In this document: in pieces, positions 1-10,256 of the stretch
Layout: each line of letters starts with the position of its first letter
Numbering within the stretch: the stretch's first letter is position 1
Source: Sedimentisphaerales bacterium
GTDB lineage: Bacteria; Planctomycetota; Phycisphaerae; Sedimentisphaerales; SM23-30
NCBI GenBank assembly: GCA_963666285.1
Contig: OY762711.1
Direction: 5' to 3' (one strand)
DNA: 64,000 nt
Translations under genes and position numbers: made by a program
Notes under the pieces: generated by a model
Told to the model about the DNA's origin: nothing
Databases searched by the model: none
Seen by the model: the letters and a program-made list of their open reading frames with translations, nothing else

Positions 1-25
1 TCAGACTGAAACCGCATTTCATCAT
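1..25 (-). CDS. Possible 5' end of a prepilin-type N-terminal cleavage/methylation protein (runs off the window)
   Basis: Minus strand from 25 reads ATG ATG AAA TGC GGT TTC AGT CTG = MMKCGFSL, resembling the K-x-G|F-S/T-L-I-E prepilin motif. Only 8 codons are visible. Confidence 0.3.
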
Positions 26-364
26 ATCTACCAGTTTCAATAACAGAGCGAACAAAGCATATTTCACAAGAACGACAAACAGGACAGACAAATTCACATA
101 CATTTGTATTAGAATACTCTTTGGGATCAAGATTACTAGCGTACAATACAGACAGCTTTTCATCTATTATATATATCACTTCTGAATTCTTATTGCCCAT
201 ATTTTCAAATGCCGTACCCATAGATATTTCCTTGATATTATAGTCCTATAACACAGTCAGTCGTAAAAGACATACTATCATTTATGTATATTTTTATCGG
301 TTCAGAGAATATACTAATTAATTAGAAAACAGCTTCACAAACTGCCGACTCTAATAATCATTAG

Positions 365-400
365 TAAAAAAGGGTATCTGCCGAAAACGGATACCCTTTA
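365..400 (-). terminator. Rho-independent terminator after the porin-like gene
   Basis: Inverted repeat AAAGGGTATCTG...CGGATACCCTTT with a T-run on the minus strand, ~40 nt past the stop at 437. Confidence 0.8.
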
Positions 401-436
401 ATTAAGTCATGCTTATATATTTGAAACATATTCGGA

Positions 437-1627
437 CTAAAACGCCCAGGTTGTCTTAATAGAGAACATAGTGCTGTCACCACCATTTTGGGGATTTTTC
501 TTAGCAGGCCACTGCGATGTTCCATCGCCATCATTAAAGTCTATCTGAGCTTTAATTAGCCATGAATATGTAATATTATATTTTGCGAATATTGAATAAG
601 AGTGAATATCTGTCTCAATAATGTTTGTATTACCATCGGTAATATCAAGTTCAGTATAATAGCATCCGGCAGAGAATTTATCATTAAACTCATAATTTGC
701 ACCAATATACCATCCGGTACTCTGCTCAATACTGTCTTTTCTCTGCAAATTGTATTCATACATCAAGGTAAGCTGATCCACCATATATTCCAATGAATAT
801 ACATGATTGGCTCTATTATCCTGCGACTCCGGAGCATCAACACGAACAGGGTCGCCAGTAAGAGGATCATAACCGTCGATATAATCATACAAAGTCATCT
901 CAGCATCAATTCTGCGCCAGGTATAACCCGCCCGAAGACCATCAAGTGGAGTTTCCCATAAAAGTTGCAGATTAGAACTTTTCGCGTTATCAACTTCGAT
1001 ATCGGTAACACCAAAATATGACAGATTATAACCTACATCACCTGATGATGATTCAATCGCCACAACATTTCCGGTACCAATCTGATATTGCAGGTATCCT
1101 AAATCGCTTAAATTCAAAGTGCCATAGAGCGATACGCCATCACAAGCAGAAAAATAATCTCTGTATATTTCAGGGTAAATAGTTTGCGGGAGGAAAACAG
1201 AGGTACGAAGCATATCTACGTCCCTGGTTTCATTATAAAGACCCGTCGCAACACGGTAACGCCCGGCCCTTATTCCAATAGCATCATCAATACGCCAATC
1301 AATCAATCCATAGTGCAGCCCGATTTTATCATCTCCCTGCTCGTCTAAAGTATATCCCATCAATTGAGCTGCCAGCATTATATCCTCAGTTACGTTACCA
1401 GCAAAGTTGACACCAAACTCTCTCAAATCAAAAGTGCCATTTTTAGAACCAACTATAACATCATTATCACTACTTTTTATATAGCCCTGCGAGAAAAAAC
1501 CGTGCATATCTACTGTTTCAATTGGAAAACCAATTTCTTTAAGATCAAGTTCAACTGCTAAGCCTGTAGCCGAAACAGTTAAGACTAAAAACAGTACATA
1601 AGTTAGTTTTATGTTTATATTTATCAT
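437..1627 (-). CDS. Outer-membrane beta-barrel (porin-like) protein
   Basis: Signal peptide, HGFFSQGY first strand, alternating amphipathic strands, GLYNETRDVD loop and C-terminal aromatic WAF. Confidence 0.75.
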   Translation of the reverse strand: MININIKLTYVLFLVLTVSATGLAVELDLKEIGFPIETVDMHGFFSQGYIKSSDNDVIVGSKNGTFDLREFGVNFAGNVTEDIMLAAQLMGYTLDEQGDDKIGLHYGLIDWRIDDAIGIRAGRYRVATGLYNETRDVDMLRTSVFLPQTIYPEIYRDYFSACDGVSLYGTLNLSDLGYLQYQIGTGNVVAIESSSGDVGYNLSYFGVTDIEVDNAKSSNLQLLWETPLDGLRAGYTWRRIDAEMTLYDYIDGYDPLTGDPVRVDAPESQDNRANHVYSLEYMVDQLTLMYEYNLQRKDSIEQSTGWYIGANYEFNDKFSAGCYYTELDITDGNTNIIETDIHSYSIFAKYNITYSWLIKAQIDFNDGDGTSQWPAKKNPQNGGDSTMFSIKTTWAF

Positions 1628-1674
1628 TTTTCACTCCTGTTATTTAGGATGATGTCTTTTTTATTTTTGGTCGA

Positions 1675-2160
1675 TTACTCGATATCCTTTTTTTTCACAT
1701 TGATACAAAGTACTTTAACTGAATCATTTACTACAAACTTATCTTTCGAAGTCCTGATATGAATGTAACCGATTGACCCTTCTGTTTTGGCAACATGTTC
1801 AACAAGCTCTTTCTCAGTATTAAAAGCTTTCGGCATCTTAGCTTTTCCTGAAAAAACAAGTTTCTTCCAGAAATTCTTAAACTGATTTGCAGTCTTATTT
1901 ACATAATTTCTTACAAATGATTCATGGACAGCACCTTGCTTCAAAGTAGCAATATTAACCTTAACCTTCTTTTCACCAACAGAAGTAGTTCTACCTAAAA
2001 ATATTTCCTCAACTGTGGTTTTATCAATAGTTGTTAAAGGCACAGATTTATGACAAACAATAACAATCTGTTCCGGCTTGACCTCTTCAGCTAATGCTAT
2101 TGACTGGAAATATATCAGGCAGGAAGCTATAGCCAATAACACCAACAATGATTTCTTCAT
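1675..2160 (-). CDS. Small periplasmic binding protein-like (phosphate ABC substrate-binding-like) protein
   Basis: ATG at 2160 preceded by AGGAG, signal peptide, IFLG...FWKKLVFSGKAKMP...VAKTEGSIGYI pattern of the single-domain PBP family often paired with such porins. Confidence 0.7.
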   Translation of the reverse strand: MKKSLLVLLAIASCLIYFQSIALAEEVKPEQIVIVCHKSVPLTTIDKTTVEEIFLGRTTSVGEKKVKVNIATLKQGAVHESFVRNYVNKTANQFKNFWKKLVFSGKAKMPKAFNTEKELVEHVAKTEGSIGYIHIRTSKDKFVVNDSVKVLCINVKKKDIE

Positions 2161-2471
2161 ATTCAAACTCCTGTGGTATCTAAGTTTATCAATATTTGCC
2201 TGCAGTAGTAGATGCAGCAAACACTTACCAACAGCGACTTATTTAATCCATTTATATTTAGACATTTATGTTAATACAGACAATTTTTCGGCTATATATG
2301 AAGAGCTAAATAAGAAAATAAATATTATAATAATATTTTATTTGTTACTAAAATACATACAGCTTAAAAGTAAATTGAAAACAAGAATTATCAGTACTGA
2401 TAATTAGGGAAGATATGAAAAACAATCCAACAAAGAAAAATAACTTTAGAATATTATTTATTGGTCCAATA

Positions 2472-2706
2472 AATGTGCATTTTATGCTTCGCATCATATA
2501 CATGGCACACTTTTGACTGTTCAACATTATTCGCAAATGCCGGAACAGGACCAATTAAGAGATAAATTAAGGTATTCGACTATCCTTCGGCAAGCTCAGG
2601 ACAGGTCGTCTCACGTTTTGTTTAAATTCAGAGTGTTGCAGGAAGGCCTTTTAGGCGTTTTACCAAAGGCACTTCGTTATTGCATCTTAAAACTGCGAAA
2701 GTCAAC
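2472..2706. repeat. Dispersed structured intergenic repeat, copy A (with internal insertions)
   Basis: Shares the blocks CACTTTTGACTGTTCAACATTA..CGCAAA.GCCGGAACAGG, GTGTTGCAGGAAGGCC and TTAAAACTGCGAAAG with the copies at 36432 and 37941. Confidence 0.85.
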
Positions 2707-2710
2707 TAAA

Positions 2711-3940
2711 TTACAAACCAACAAAATCACCAAATTTAAATAAATTACCAATCGGCTCATCGGGAAAAGCGTTGGTTCTATTACTATCAATATGCAATGA
2801 AAACAATGCGAAACTTTCATGATTACCACTCACCTGGTAATGATGCTGACCTCTACCATCAAACATCAACCCCTGCCCCTGTGATAGATGATATTTTTGG
2901 TCGTCGATAAAAATAGTTTCTGAACCCTTGATTACAAATATAAATTTCTTTTCAGAGATATATACGTTTTTTACTGGAACATTAAGGCTCCGATCAGTTT
3001 CATTCTTTAAATAGCCAACACGAAATTGATCGGCCAAACTTTGCATAAGATTTAATTCATGTGTTTTTCCCTGGCTATCAAGAGAGTTCATTTTTACATT
3101 TTTGACATTACCCCGCTCACACCCTCCCTTGAAAGCAAACTTAAGAAATTCAATTAAATCCACTCCTAAACAATCAGTAAGCATATTTAGCGTAATCAAA
3201 GAAGGACATCTTTTATTTTGTTCAATACCAGATATCGTCGCAACAGTTACAGTTGATTCCCGAGCAAACATTTCTAAGCTATACCCCATTGTCGTACGAA
3301 GCATACGTAATGTGGAAAAATCAAATCTTCGCTTACAAGGTGAAAGTAACATATATTTATCAACTTTCTTTTGGAAATAATTTCCAGGCAGAAGAAATTC
3401 CGGCTGAGAAACTAATTTTGCGACATTATTATCATATGGTACTATCAATATTACGATTCTGGCCGGTCCGTCAATAACAGTAAACTTACCATTCGCCCCT
3501 CGGCAGGTAATAAATTTACCTTCTGAAATACTACAGTTTGTTGAATTGCAATCCAGACTGACTCCACCTTCTATCAGAAAAAAATGTTGTATAAAACACT
3601 TATTCATATAATATGAAAAACCGGTTTCCACTTCTAAATAAGCAACTGCCATACCAGGCAACTCATAAAACCAGCAATTGCCCATATTAGAGTCGAAATC
3701 AAATAAACAAGGTTTTACTGTTTGAGTTTGATGTCTTTTAGCGTATGTAATAAGATCCGGATAACTTACATCCAATGCTTCAGTAAGAGCCATAACGACC
3801 GGCATCGATGGTACAAATTTTCCATTTTCAATATTTGCAATAGTCTGCCTGGATACATCACAAAGTTTTGCGAGTTTATCACGACTAAGCGATTTTTGGC
3901 GACGAAGATATTTAATTATACTAAAATCAAATACAGCCAA
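2711..3940 (-). CDS. Tandem (XRE HTH + cupin) x2 transcriptional regulator
   Basis: Two XRE-type HTH segments (IKYLRRQKSLSRDKLAKLCDVSRQTIANIENG; LRMLRTTMGYSLEMFARESTVTVATISGIEQN), each followed by a cupin-like region. TTG start. Confidence 0.75.
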   Translation of the reverse strand: MAVFDFSIIKYLRRQKSLSRDKLAKLCDVSRQTIANIENGKFVPSMPVVMALTEALDVSYPDLITYAKRHQTQTVKPCLFDFDSNMGNCWFYELPGMAVAYLEVETGFSYYMNKCFIQHFFLIEGGVSLDCNSTNCSISEGKFITCRGANGKFTVIDGPARIVILIVPYDNNVAKLVSQPEFLLPGNYFQKKVDKYMLLSPCKRRFDFSTLRMLRTTMGYSLEMFARESTVTVATISGIEQNKRCPSLITLNMLTDCLGVDLIEFLKFAFKGGCERGNVKNVKMNSLDSQGKTHELNLMQSLADQFRVGYLKNETDRSLNVPVKNVYISEKKFIFVIKGSETIFIDDQKYHLSQGQGLMFDGRGQHHYQVSGNHESFALFSLHIDSNRTNAFPDEPIGNLFKFGDFVGL

Positions 3941-4462
3941 CGATTTAATGCCCTACAACAAGATAAATGATTTTTTATTAAAAAGAATATATATTTAATA
4001 TAGCTTTATATCAATCATAAGTAAAACTTTATTAAACTTATTTTTTAATAAACAAGAATTTCCTTGATGCAAAAGATATCACTCAACAGTCAAAACACCA
4101 TGCATCATATTACAAAACATAGGCTTATGAACGCAGAAACATTATTAAACAATCTCAACATATCATCATCTACACCTTATAAAATGCCACATTAAGAAAG
4201 AAAATATAATAAAATATGGTTAGCAGAATAATACGCAAAATGAACCAGACAGAAGAAATAATATAATCAAAAATGTCAGTTTCTCAAATTGGAAAAATCA
4301 CCCAGATAATAGCTGTTAGAGTAGAAGATTCCGCTAATTTCGCACAAAAACCAGCAGGCAAACTTAATCAATAGATGATGTCGTCAATGGTCTGGTTAAT
4401 CCAGTCGACAGCAAGTAACATTCCGATTAATCAATAAACATCCCAAAAAAGCTTATAGATTA

Positions 4463-5275
4463 TTAATTATTGTAATTATCACGTATTTTCTCAGTTTTTC
4501 TTTTAATACCTGGAATTATCTCTTTAATCCGTGTAATACGCTTGCTATCTGCAGGATGGGTGCTGAAAAAGTCTATTTCATCACCACCGGACTTTTCACT
4601 CATTGTTTGCCAGAAATCTATTGCAGCATCAGGGGCAAAACCAGCCAAAGTCGAAAGCTGAAGTCCAATTTCATCGGCTTCATATTCATGTTTTCTACTA
4701 AATGGCAACAACACTCCAACCTGGGAACCAAATGAAAACGCCGTCAGAAATGCCTGTCTTTTATTCTCTGACTCATCTTTTAACGTATAATCCACAGCCA
4801 TTGCGGTACCAGTAATTGCTAATTGTTGTGTCATTCGTTCTGCGCCATGCTTGGCAACAGCATGGGCTATCTCATGACCTATAACAATGGCAAGCTTGTC
4901 ATCGGTATCAGCGACCTCCAATAATCCTGTATAAACGACAATTTTCCCACCAGGCATACACCAGGCATTTACAGTTTTATCCTCAACCACTTGAATTTCC
5001 CAGTCAAAATCTGACGGATCAATACCTACTTTTTTGCCATATTTATCAACAGCCTTAGTAATGGTAGTACCAACCCGATTCACCATTGCGACCTTACTGG
5101 AATCTTTTGAAATTTTAGCCTCTTCCAGAAACTCTTTATATGATTCTCTGGCTAACTGATTTATTGTCGAGTCAGGAACCAGATTAAATTGCTGACGGCC
5201 AGTTATGGGTACATCCTGACAGCCGCCTATCATTAAAGCCAAAATAACAACAATATTTATAATATATTTCTTCAT
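4463..5275 (-). CDS. M48 family zinc metallopeptidase, lipoprotein
   Basis: Lipobox-like IGGC, NAWCMPGGKI, HEIAH (HExxH), EYEAD and STHP motifs. Confidence 0.93.
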   Translation of the reverse strand: MKKYIINIVVILALMIGGCQDVPITGRQQFNLVPDSTINQLARESYKEFLEEAKISKDSSKVAMVNRVGTTITKAVDKYGKKVGIDPSDFDWEIQVVEDKTVNAWCMPGGKIVVYTGLLEVADTDDKLAIVIGHEIAHAVAKHGAERMTQQLAITGTAMAVDYTLKDESENKRQAFLTAFSFGSQVGVLLPFSRKHEYEADEIGLQLSTLAGFAPDAAIDFWQTMSEKSGGDEIDFFSTHPADSKRITRIKEIIPGIKRKTEKIRDNYNN

Positions 5276-5530
5276 AGTTAGTTACCTCAATAAAAACCAG
5301 ACAAATAAGAAAAATGGACGAATATATATTATCTAATTCTAATACTTTTTCTAGAATAATACGATAAAAAGATATCAACATTTTTATCAATAGTGTATTA
5401 TTGATAACACAACAATGATTGTATGGGCAATTAATAAGTTATATCCAAAGCATAAATCACCAACTAAGGTTAAGATTTAACCATTTTACGCCTTTTTTTG
5501 GCATATTTTACTTTTGGTTTTCAAGTAATT

Positions 5531-5539
5531 TGATATAAT
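5531..5539 (+). promoter_or_regulatory. Extended -10 promoter candidate for the nqr operon
   Basis: TGATATAAT (TGn-TATAAT) about 100 nt upstream of the likely nqrA start. Confidence 0.45.
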
Positions 5540-5642
5540 TATACCCGAATGATCTATAAACGTAATGCTGGCTTTAACTGCGTTATTATTCGCTGCAGTT
5601 CTGCCATTTAGTCAATCCATAATAAACAAAAGTAGTATGTAT

Positions 5643-6968
5643 ATGAAATTTAGAGGCGGCTATAATATCGATTTAAGCAATAGTCCTGCTGCACGCGTCG
5701 ATACGGTTGATATACCTGACGAACTTTTCATCCCATTTTGCTATTCAACTTTTAATTTTTCTCAATTAAAAGTCGCTGATGGTCAAAAGGTGCAAAAAGG
5801 AGAAATACTGGCTATCGACCCGGAAAATTATAATCTGCCAATACTGGCATCAATGACCGGCATAGTAGAGCTAGGCGAAACATCAATCAAAATATCAAAT
5901 TTAAGCTCAAGCGGCCAGGCTGAGATACCAAACACAAGTGGCATCTCAAAACTTGTTCAAATGGGAGCCTGGCGGTATTTTACTGATGCTTTCAGTAAAA
6001 AAACCGCAAAAACGGAAAAGCCCGATGGAATTATTTTGAAGCTGGTTGACCTTGATAGCTATGTAATGACCAGCCAGTTGGAACTGATAGGGAATGTCGA
6101 CGACCTATGTAAAGGGATCGATTCGCTAGCAGAACTGGCTGAAAATGCCAAAATAATTATTGTTATATCTAATAAACAGGCAAAATCTGCCGAAATCAAG
6201 CCCAAAACTTTTGCTGGAAAAGGCAATATAGAACTAGTCACAATTCCAGATAAATATGGACAGGACAATTCAGCCCTCCTTGCCGACAAAGCCGGTTTTA
6301 CCCCCTACCAGAATATCTGGTCTGTTTCAACGCAAGGAGTATTTGCCGTTGATTCTGTAATCAATAAAGGCCAGTTCTGTGTTGATTTGATGTTTTCTTT
6401 TGCCGGTCCAGGCGTAAAAGAACCCAGATACATGAAAGCCCCTGTCGGTTACCCAATAGATAAGCTCTTAGATCAAGATAAAGTTATTGAAGAACCAGCA
6501 CGAATTATCAGTGGCGGAGTTTTAAGCGGAAGAACAATCGATATTTCAGAAAAAGGGCTGGCACACGATACTATTGGCGTTACCGTCTTGAGCGATAGTC
6601 CAAAACGTAAATTTCTAAAATTTGCTATGCTCGGCATGGATGATATGAGGTTTTCAAAGAAAATGACAACAGCCTTGGGAGGTGAAATCAGAGCCTGCAT
6701 CCAATGCGGTTACTGCCAGGAAGTATGTCCGGCAGGGCTAATGCCTGACTTGTTACATAAGATATTATATGCAAAAGACTTAGACAGAGCTGAAGTTTCA
6801 GGACTGCAAAAATGTGTTCGATGCGGACTGTGTTCCTATATTTGTGTTTCAAAAATTGATTTAACAGAAGAGTTTATTCAGGCTCAAGACCATATTGCTG
6901 CTGAACATGCAGAACACGCCGCTCACGAAGCTGCAAAAGCCAAAGAACAAGAACAGGAGGCGGTCTGA
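5643..6968 (+). CDS. nqrA: Na+-translocating NADH:quinone reductase subunit A-like protein with RnfC-type 2x[4Fe-4S] C-terminus
   Basis: NqrA-like start MKFRGGYNIDL (ATG 5643; ORF open from 5565), RIISGGVLSG, then CIQCGYCQEVCP and CVRCGLCSYIC. First gene of the six-gene operon. Confidence 0.75.
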   Translation: MKFRGGYNIDLSNSPAARVDTVDIPDELFIPFCYSTFNFSQLKVADGQKVQKGEILAIDPENYNLPILASMTGIVELGETSIKISNLSSSGQAEIPNTSGISKLVQMGAWRYFTDAFSKKTAKTEKPDGIILKLVDLDSYVMTSQLELIGNVDDLCKGIDSLAELAENAKIIIVISNKQAKSAEIKPKTFAGKGNIELVTIPDKYGQDNSALLADKAGFTPYQNIWSVSTQGVFAVDSVINKGQFCVDLMFSFAGPGVKEPRYMKAPVGYPIDKLLDQDKVIEEPARIISGGVLSGRTIDISEKGLAHDTIGVTVLSDSPKRKFLKFAMLGMDDMRFSKKMTTALGGEIRACIQCGYCQEVCPAGLMPDLLHKILYAKDLDRAEVSGLQKCVRCGLCSYICVSKIDLTEEFIQAQDHIAAEHAEHAAHEAAKAKEQEQEAV

Positions 6969-8098
6969 TGAAATTTATTAAGAATATATTCGACAAGGCC
7001 AGACCACACTTTGAAGAAAATGGAATTTTCAAGGTTTTCACACCTCTTTTTGAAGCGACAGAGAATTTCTTCTTCTCTCCTGATACCAAAACTATTGTCG
7101 GGCCACATGTTCGTAATTCCATGGAAATCAAACGCTATATGTCGATGGTGATTGTTTCGCTGATACCTTGCGTATTGGCAGCATTTTACTTTTTCGGCTG
7201 GCGTATTATCCCACTAATCATCACCTCATATGTTGTTGGCGGTATAGTCGAAGTAATTGTAGCCTGCTGTCGAAAAGAAGAAATCCAGGAAGGTTTCCTG
7301 GTCACAGGTTTACTATTCCCACTGGTACTACCACCTGACACACCTTTATGGGTATGTGCCGTTGGTGTGGCTTTCGGCGTATTTTTCGGAAAAGAGATAT
7401 TTGGCGGTACAGGCAGAAACCTGTTTAACCCGGCAATCCTTGGAAGATGTTTTGTCGGTCTTGCTTATGCCCCTGATATGGCGGGATGGGTAGAACCTGG
7501 TAGCGGCCCCTTAGGCAGAATGCTTGACTTCTGGCCTTTCAGCTTTTTCTGGGGAGCTTCGGCTCCGGAAGCAATCTCTACAGCAACTCCATTAGTTGCA
7601 TATGCTGATGGCAGTTCACCGAGCTACATGGAGATGTTTCTGGGCCAAACTACCGGATGCATTGGCGAGACATCAACCCTGGCAATCCTTATTGGAGCCG
7701 CAATTCTCATATTTTTCAAAATTTCAAACTGGCGTTCAACTGTTGCAACCCTGATATCATTTAGCGCCTTATCTGCTATAATGTATGCAATTGATCAGCG
7801 ATCAGCTGACCCCCAGAATTTTCCTCCTGTTCAGTACCATCTGCTGGCTGGCGGGATAATGTTTGGCTCAGTATTTATGGTAACAGACCCGGTAACCAGC
7901 CCGGCTACAAATGCAGGTCGAATTATCTACGGAATAATAATAGGAAGCGTAACCGTGCTAGTGAGAAATTTAGGCGGTTTTCCGGAAGGAATGATGTTTG
8001 CGATTCTTTTGGGTAACGTATGTGCTCCTCTTATTGATGAGGTTATCATTCGAATGCACGTAAAAAAATTCAGTGCAGTAAAAACTGCCGAAAACTAG
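6968..8098 (+). CDS. nqrB: Na+-NQR subunit B (NqrB/RnfD family)
   Basis: NqrB-type N-terminus (PHFEENG..FEATENFFFSP..PHVRNSMEIKR), GKEIFGGTGRNLFNPA, FMN-site-like STATPL, GCIGETS and TDPVTSP. Confidence 0.88.
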   Translation: MKFIKNIFDKARPHFEENGIFKVFTPLFEATENFFFSPDTKTIVGPHVRNSMEIKRYMSMVIVSLIPCVLAAFYFFGWRIIPLIITSYVVGGIVEVIVACCRKEEIQEGFLVTGLLFPLVLPPDTPLWVCAVGVAFGVFFGKEIFGGTGRNLFNPAILGRCFVGLAYAPDMAGWVEPGSGPLGRMLDFWPFSFFWGASAPEAISTATPLVAYADGSSPSYMEMFLGQTTGCIGETSTLAILIGAAILIFFKISNWRSTVATLISFSALSAIMYAIDQRSADPQNFPPVQYHLLAGGIMFGSVFMVTDPVTSPATNAGRIIYGIIIGSVTVLVRNLGGFPEGMMFAILLGNVCAPLIDEVIIRMHVKKFSAVKTAEN

Positions 8099-8179
8099 TA
8101 TTCAGCATTTTATTGATCAAATGCTGATATTTAGCAGCAATTTAACACTGGCTATATATGATCGGATATCAGATCTATC

Positions 8180-8779
8180 ATGAATGAAAATACAAAAACA
8201 ATTATATTTGCAGTTGTTCTGGCTATTGCGTGCGGAACACTACTTACCGGCATGAAGGAATTAACCAAAGATCGTCAGGAAGCCAATAAACTGGCTTTTA
8301 GAAGAGAAAATATCCTTCGAGTATTATCTGTTGAACTGCCGGAAAAACCAAATGCAAAATTGATCAATGAACTATATGAAGCTAATGTTTCACCTGAAAC
8401 CCAAAACGGCCTGGAATTCCATAAGCTAGTCAAAAATGAAGAAACCCTGGCTGTTGCAGTTCATTTTGAAGGCCCCGGGCTCTGGAATAAGATTAAAGGA
8501 TATCTTGCACTGGATTCAGAAATGAAGATCATCAAGGGTATCACTTTTTACGAACACGAAGAAACACCGGGACTTGGCGGTGAAATAGAAAAAGAATGGT
8601 TCAGAGAAAAATTTGTCGGGCTGCCATTGGCTGACGCTGAAGGTAAACTGGCAATTAATATAGTTAAACCAGGTGCATCAACACATGATACTGAAATTGA
8701 AGGTATCAGTGGCGCAACAATAACTTGTGAAAAAGTTGAAGACATGTTAAGAGTCCTCAACACAGAATTAAAGAAATAA
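8180..8779 (+). CDS. nqrC: Na+-NQR subunit C (FMN-binding, NqrC/RnfG family)
   Basis: N-terminal TM, GPGLW, HEETPGLGGEI and SGAT flavinylation motif. Confidence 0.88.
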   Translation: MNENTKTIIFAVVLAIACGTLLTGMKELTKDRQEANKLAFRRENILRVLSVELPEKPNAKLINELYEANVSPETQNGLEFHKLVKNEETLAVAVHFEGPGLWNKIKGYLALDSEMKIIKGITFYEHEETPGLGGEIEKEWFREKFVGLPLADAEGKLAINIVKPGASTHDTEIEGISGATITCEKVEDMLRVLNTELKK

Positions 8780-8811
8780 TATTATCAACCTAAACAATAC
8801 CAGGTTAAATT

Positions 8812-9465
8812 ATGGCTGAAGGAAAATGCAAATCCTGCGCATCAAAAATATGCAGCGGAAAATCTAAAGAGACGATGGAAGAAGGTTTATGGAAAAATAA
8901 CCCTATCTCCATCCAACTGCTCGGTATATGCTCTGCACTGGCAGTAACAAGCACTCTAAAAAATTCAATCGTCATGAGCATTGCCCTAACGATTGTCTCT
9001 ATAGGTACAAATATTGTAGTATCATACATAAGGCACATAATACCAAGAAGAATCAGGATGATAGCAGAAGTTGCCATTATCGCTGCTTTTGTTATTATGT
9101 TTGACCAGTATCTGAAGGCATTCAACTTCGAGATGAGCAGACAGCTAGGCCCTTATGTTGGTCTTATTATTACAAACTGTATTGTAATGGGAAGAGCCGA
9201 AGCTTTTGCCCTGCATAATCCTCCAACTTTAAGCGCTATTGACGGGCTGGCAAATGGAATTGGCTATTCGATTGCGATTTGCATGGTAGGAAGTGTACGA
9301 GAGATATTTGGTAAAGGACAGCTTCTCGGCTTCCAGGTACTGTCGGAAAACTGGTACACACCAAATGAAGTTATGGCTCAGGCTCCGGGAGCTTTTATTG
9401 TTCTTGGCGTGATTATTGCAATTGCAAACTTTATCGGAAAAACTAACCTGGAAGAAAAAGAATAG
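8812..9465 (+). CDS. nqrD: Na+-NQR subunit D
   Basis: NNPISIQLLGICSALAVT, VGLIITNCIVMGRAEAFA and APGAF. Confidence 0.9.
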   Translation: MAEGKCKSCASKICSGKSKETMEEGLWKNNPISIQLLGICSALAVTSTLKNSIVMSIALTIVSIGTNIVVSYIRHIIPRRIRMIAEVAIIAAFVIMFDQYLKAFNFEMSRQLGPYVGLIITNCIVMGRAEAFALHNPPTLSAIDGLANGIGYSIAICMVGSVREIFGKGQLLGFQVLSENWYTPNEVMAQAPGAFIVLGVIIAIANFIGKTNLEEKE

Positions 9466-9529
9466 AAACGGTTTATTGAATCAATTACATTAAACCTGTT
9501 AAAAATAATAATATATTAGGATTTGATTC

Positions 9530-10135
9530 ATGGAAACATCTGCATGGGTAATATTGATTGCTGCGATATTTACTAACAATATCCTTTTGAGCAACTTTTT
9601 GGGAATGTGTTCATTCCTGGCATGTTCAAAACAGTTGCCAACAGCATTTGGATTGGGAATTGCTGTAACATTTGTAACGACTCTGACTGTGATAATAAAC
9701 TACGGAATATATTATGGCATACTGGTTGAAGACGCACCGCTATGCCCGGCTGATATTACTCATCTTCAGTTTATAGTATTTATTGCGGTTATTGCCGGTT
9801 TTGTCCAATTTGTAGAGATGTTCATAGAAAGAGTCAGCCAGAAGCTATATTTTGCTCTTGGTGTATTCCTCCCACTAATTACAGTTAACTGCGCAATCCT
9901 TGGTGCCGGACTTTTGATTGTAATTCGCAACTATAGTTTTATCCAATCCGTTGGTTTTGGCTTTGGTGCAGGACTAGGCTGGGCTTTAGCAATCCTGCTT
10001 ATGGCAGGTTTGAGGCAAAAACTAAACTACAGTAATGTTCCTAAACCATTCCAAGGTGTTGCCGTTATTATGATAGTGACCGGCATAATGGCAATTGCAT
10101 TTTTTGGATTCAGCGGAATGGTTATTATCGGTTAA
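9530..10135 (+). CDS. nqrE: Na+-NQR subunit E
   Basis: NILLSNFLGMCSFLACSK and LGVFLPLITVNCAILG. Confidence 0.9.
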   Translation: METSAWVILIAAIFTNNILLSNFLGMCSFLACSKQLPTAFGLGIAVTFVTTLTVIINYGIYYGILVEDAPLCPADITHLQFIVFIAVIAGFVQFVEMFIERVSQKLYFALGVFLPLITVNCAILGAGLLIVIRNYSFIQSVGFGFGAGLGWALAILLMAGLRQKLNYSNVPKPFQGVAVIMIVTGIMAIAFFGFSGMVIIG

Positions 10136-10256
10136 CAAAAAACGCAATAATACAATATTTAATTGCATGGAACATCACATTTAATGATAAAACTGATCTA
10201 TGCAAAAGAAGGTGAATAACTAAGTACTAAGTATTGAGTACTGGGAACAAATTGAT

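Noticed and set aside
2513..2743. 76-aa ORF across repeat copy A
   Set aside because: Lies within the non-coding repeat and the reading frame is not preserved in copies B and C.
4085..4096. AACAGTCAAAA as a reverse-strand fragment of the dispersed repeat
   Set aside because: Only about 11 nt match in AT-rich DNA, with no flanking similarity.
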